Below, piece by piece: positions 42,720-44,255 of a DNA stretch of 44,255 bases. This DNA is from a virus (lineage: Duplodnaviria; Caudoviricetes), in the IMG/VR virus record IMGVR_UViG_3300048576_000126, positions 1 to 44,255 of that record; one strand, written 5' to 3'. The translations under genes were made by a program, and so were the position numbers. A model generated the notes under the pieces. The model saw nothing but the letters and a program-made list of their open reading frames with translations, had not been told where the DNA came from and did no database searches. Every line of letters starts with the position of its first letter. Position 1 is the stretch's first letter.

Positions 42720-43960
42720 TTATGCGTCCAATCAACGCTCGGGCATCCGGGCGCTTCGAAACGTAAATACTTTGTATTGAAATTCAATTCGTCGGTGAAC
42801 GTTGTCCCATTCATTCGATTCTTATCACATTTGATCGTGACGTCTTTTGATTCTTTCGAGCGCCGGTAGAGCAGCATAACGATATCAGCATCCTGTTCGA
42901 GATCCCCGCACTCGCGAAGATCAGACATTGACGGAGCTTCGTTGTTTTCACTCGCACGATTGAGCTGAGCCGGAGCGATGATATTCACTCCCGTATCGTT
43001 CGCGATCGCTTTCAGCATGTGCGATGCCTCTGCAATCTGGAGCCGACGGTCCTGTCTCTTGTTTGTCACTTCGATGAGCTGGATATAATCAACGACGACA
43101 AGACCGTAATGTCGTGACGCTGATCTGTTTCTGATGATCGTATTTATCTTTTCGACATTGCGGATGTTCTCGAAAATTTCAAGGTCAAGGCTCTTGCCAT
43201 ACGAGAGCCCGCGGCCGACCGCTTCGCTTTCCTCCGCGCTGAGTTTTCCTGAACGCATCGCGTCAATGCTCACTCCGCAAAGTTTTTGCATGACCATATA
43301 CTTAATTTGCTCCTTCGGCTGTTCGAGCGAAAAGAAAAGCACCGGGCATCTTTTCGCCATTTTGACGGCGATATCTGCGGAGATGATCGTTTTCCCGATC
43401 GATGTGCGCGCTCCGAGAATGATGAGCCTCTTACCGTCGAACCCTTTGATATTCTGATCAATGGCCGGAATCCCCGTCGGAATATATACGCACTCCTGAG
43501 ACAGCGGACGTTCGAGCATATCGGCGAGGAGTTCGCCACTTGAATGTTTTTCTCTCGTGATCGAGAGGATATCCGACACAAGTTTGTCTGCCGTTTCATG
43601 TGCGGATAATTCTGACTTCTGCGCGGCCTCGGTCGTTTCATCGAGCCGACGGCGCATATACATTTCATTCACGGCTTCAATGACCGGACCGGGAAATATG
43701 ATCGACCGACCTTTTACAATCTCCATGAGTACCGGGATGCAGTCGTCCTTTCCCCGACTGATAAGTATCGCATGAACGCTCGGAAGCGTTGTCTCTCCCG
43801 TATCCATAAAGCTCTGACGAATTGATTCGAAAATAGTTTTATTCGTTTCGTCGAAGAACGCTTCTGTCTCAACGCTACCGATAATCTGCCCTGCCTTTTC
43901 GAATCTATCGAAACAGGCAGCGAGGAGTTGGCGTTCCATCTGTGTGTCGTATCTAAGCAT
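42716..43960 (-). CDS. dnaB: Replicative DNA helicase, DnaB family
   Basis: IPTGIPAID, GARTSIGKT, FFSLE, VVDYIQL, AQLNR, SDLRECGDLEQDAD, KNR. Confidence 0.96.
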   Translation of the reverse strand: MLRYDTQMERQLLAACFDRFEKAGQIIGSVETEAFFDETNKTIFESIRQSFMDTGETTLPSVHAILISRGKDDCIPVLMEIVKGRSIIFPGPVIEAVNEMYMRRRLDETTEAAQKSELSAHETADKLVSDILSITREKHSSGELLADMLERPLSQECVYIPTGIPAIDQNIKGFDGKRLIILGARTSIGKTIISADIAVKMAKRCPVLFFSLEQPKEQIKYMVMQKLCGVSIDAMRSGKLSAEESEAVGRGLSYGKSLDLEIFENIRNVEKINTIIRNRSASRHYGLVVVDYIQLIEVTNKRQDRRLQIAEASHMLKAIANDTGVNIIAPAQLNRASENNEAPSMSDLRECGDLEQDADIVMLLYRRSKESKDVTIKCDKNRMNGTTFTDELNFNTKYLRFEAPGCPSVDWTHN

Positions 43961-44255
43961 AGCGCGCCTTTGCCTCTTCGAGATTTACGCCTTCAAAAAT
44001 TGATTTGTAGAACGGGTCAAGATCAATGAGCGCTTCGATCGTCATATTTCTTTCTCTGGCAGTCATGAACGCTCGTTCGTATTTATCAGGCATCTTGACG
44101 GCTTTTCTTTGTGGTTTAGAAAGAGCGCCATCATTTGCTCTTGTCAGCCAGTTCGATATAAATCTCCGATAATTCTTTTTCCGCTTGCTGGGATTGTTGT
44201 TTAACCAAATAACCATTTTACCGATTTCGTAATCAATGTTAATGCTTGTGAATGT
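43953..44255 (-). CDS. Replisome organizer, 3' part (begins at 693 across the circular junction)
   Basis: Same frame as 693..1; WL..NP.KRK....RFI.NWL.RA C-terminal motif. Confidence 0.85.
   Translation of the reverse strand, partial: TFTSINIDYEIGKMVIWLNNNPSKRKKNYRRFISNWLTRANDGALSKPQRKAVKMPDKYERAFMTARERNMTIEALIDLDPFYKSIFEGVNLEEAKARYA
44070..44255. repeat. Terminal direct repeat, right copy
   Basis: 185/186 identical to 1-186. Confidence 0.97.

Noticed and set aside
13755-43775. Numerous plus-strand ORFs in the track opposite the structural and replication genes
   Set aside because: They are antisense shadows of well-supported minus-strand genes, with no RBS or recognisable motifs.

Overview
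This window looks like a complete, circularly permuted temperate siphovirus-like phage-plasmid genome of about 44,069 bp. Bases 1-186 repeat at 44070-44255 with one mismatch, and a replisome-organizer gene runs across the junction. Nearly all genes are on the minus strand. They include an early/replication operon (DnaB, SSB, m6A methyltransferase, RusA-like protein), packaging, head and tail genes, a tail fibre with seven near-identical 120-bp beta-propeller blades, and an unusual lysis cassette. I could not recognise an integrase. Instead there is a second, plasmid-type replicon (parA, parB-like, copG-like, rep with internal iterons) and three divergent repressor switches. The host is tentatively a spirochaete, inferred from the SSB N-terminus, the lipoprotein and the attC style. 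The most striking feature is at 5663-7385: four integron-type cassettes separated by attC-like hairpins, each cassette bounded by its own matching inverted repeats. All four carry ORFs in reverse orientation inside the phage early operon, and there is no integrase in cis. Other oddities are a sigma-70 factor split into two genes around an HExxH protease, a stand-alone NrdD glycyl-radical-loop peptide inside the lysis cassette, and a tRNA-like RNA with an expanded anticodon domain. All product calls come from motif recognition by eye; no database searches were run.
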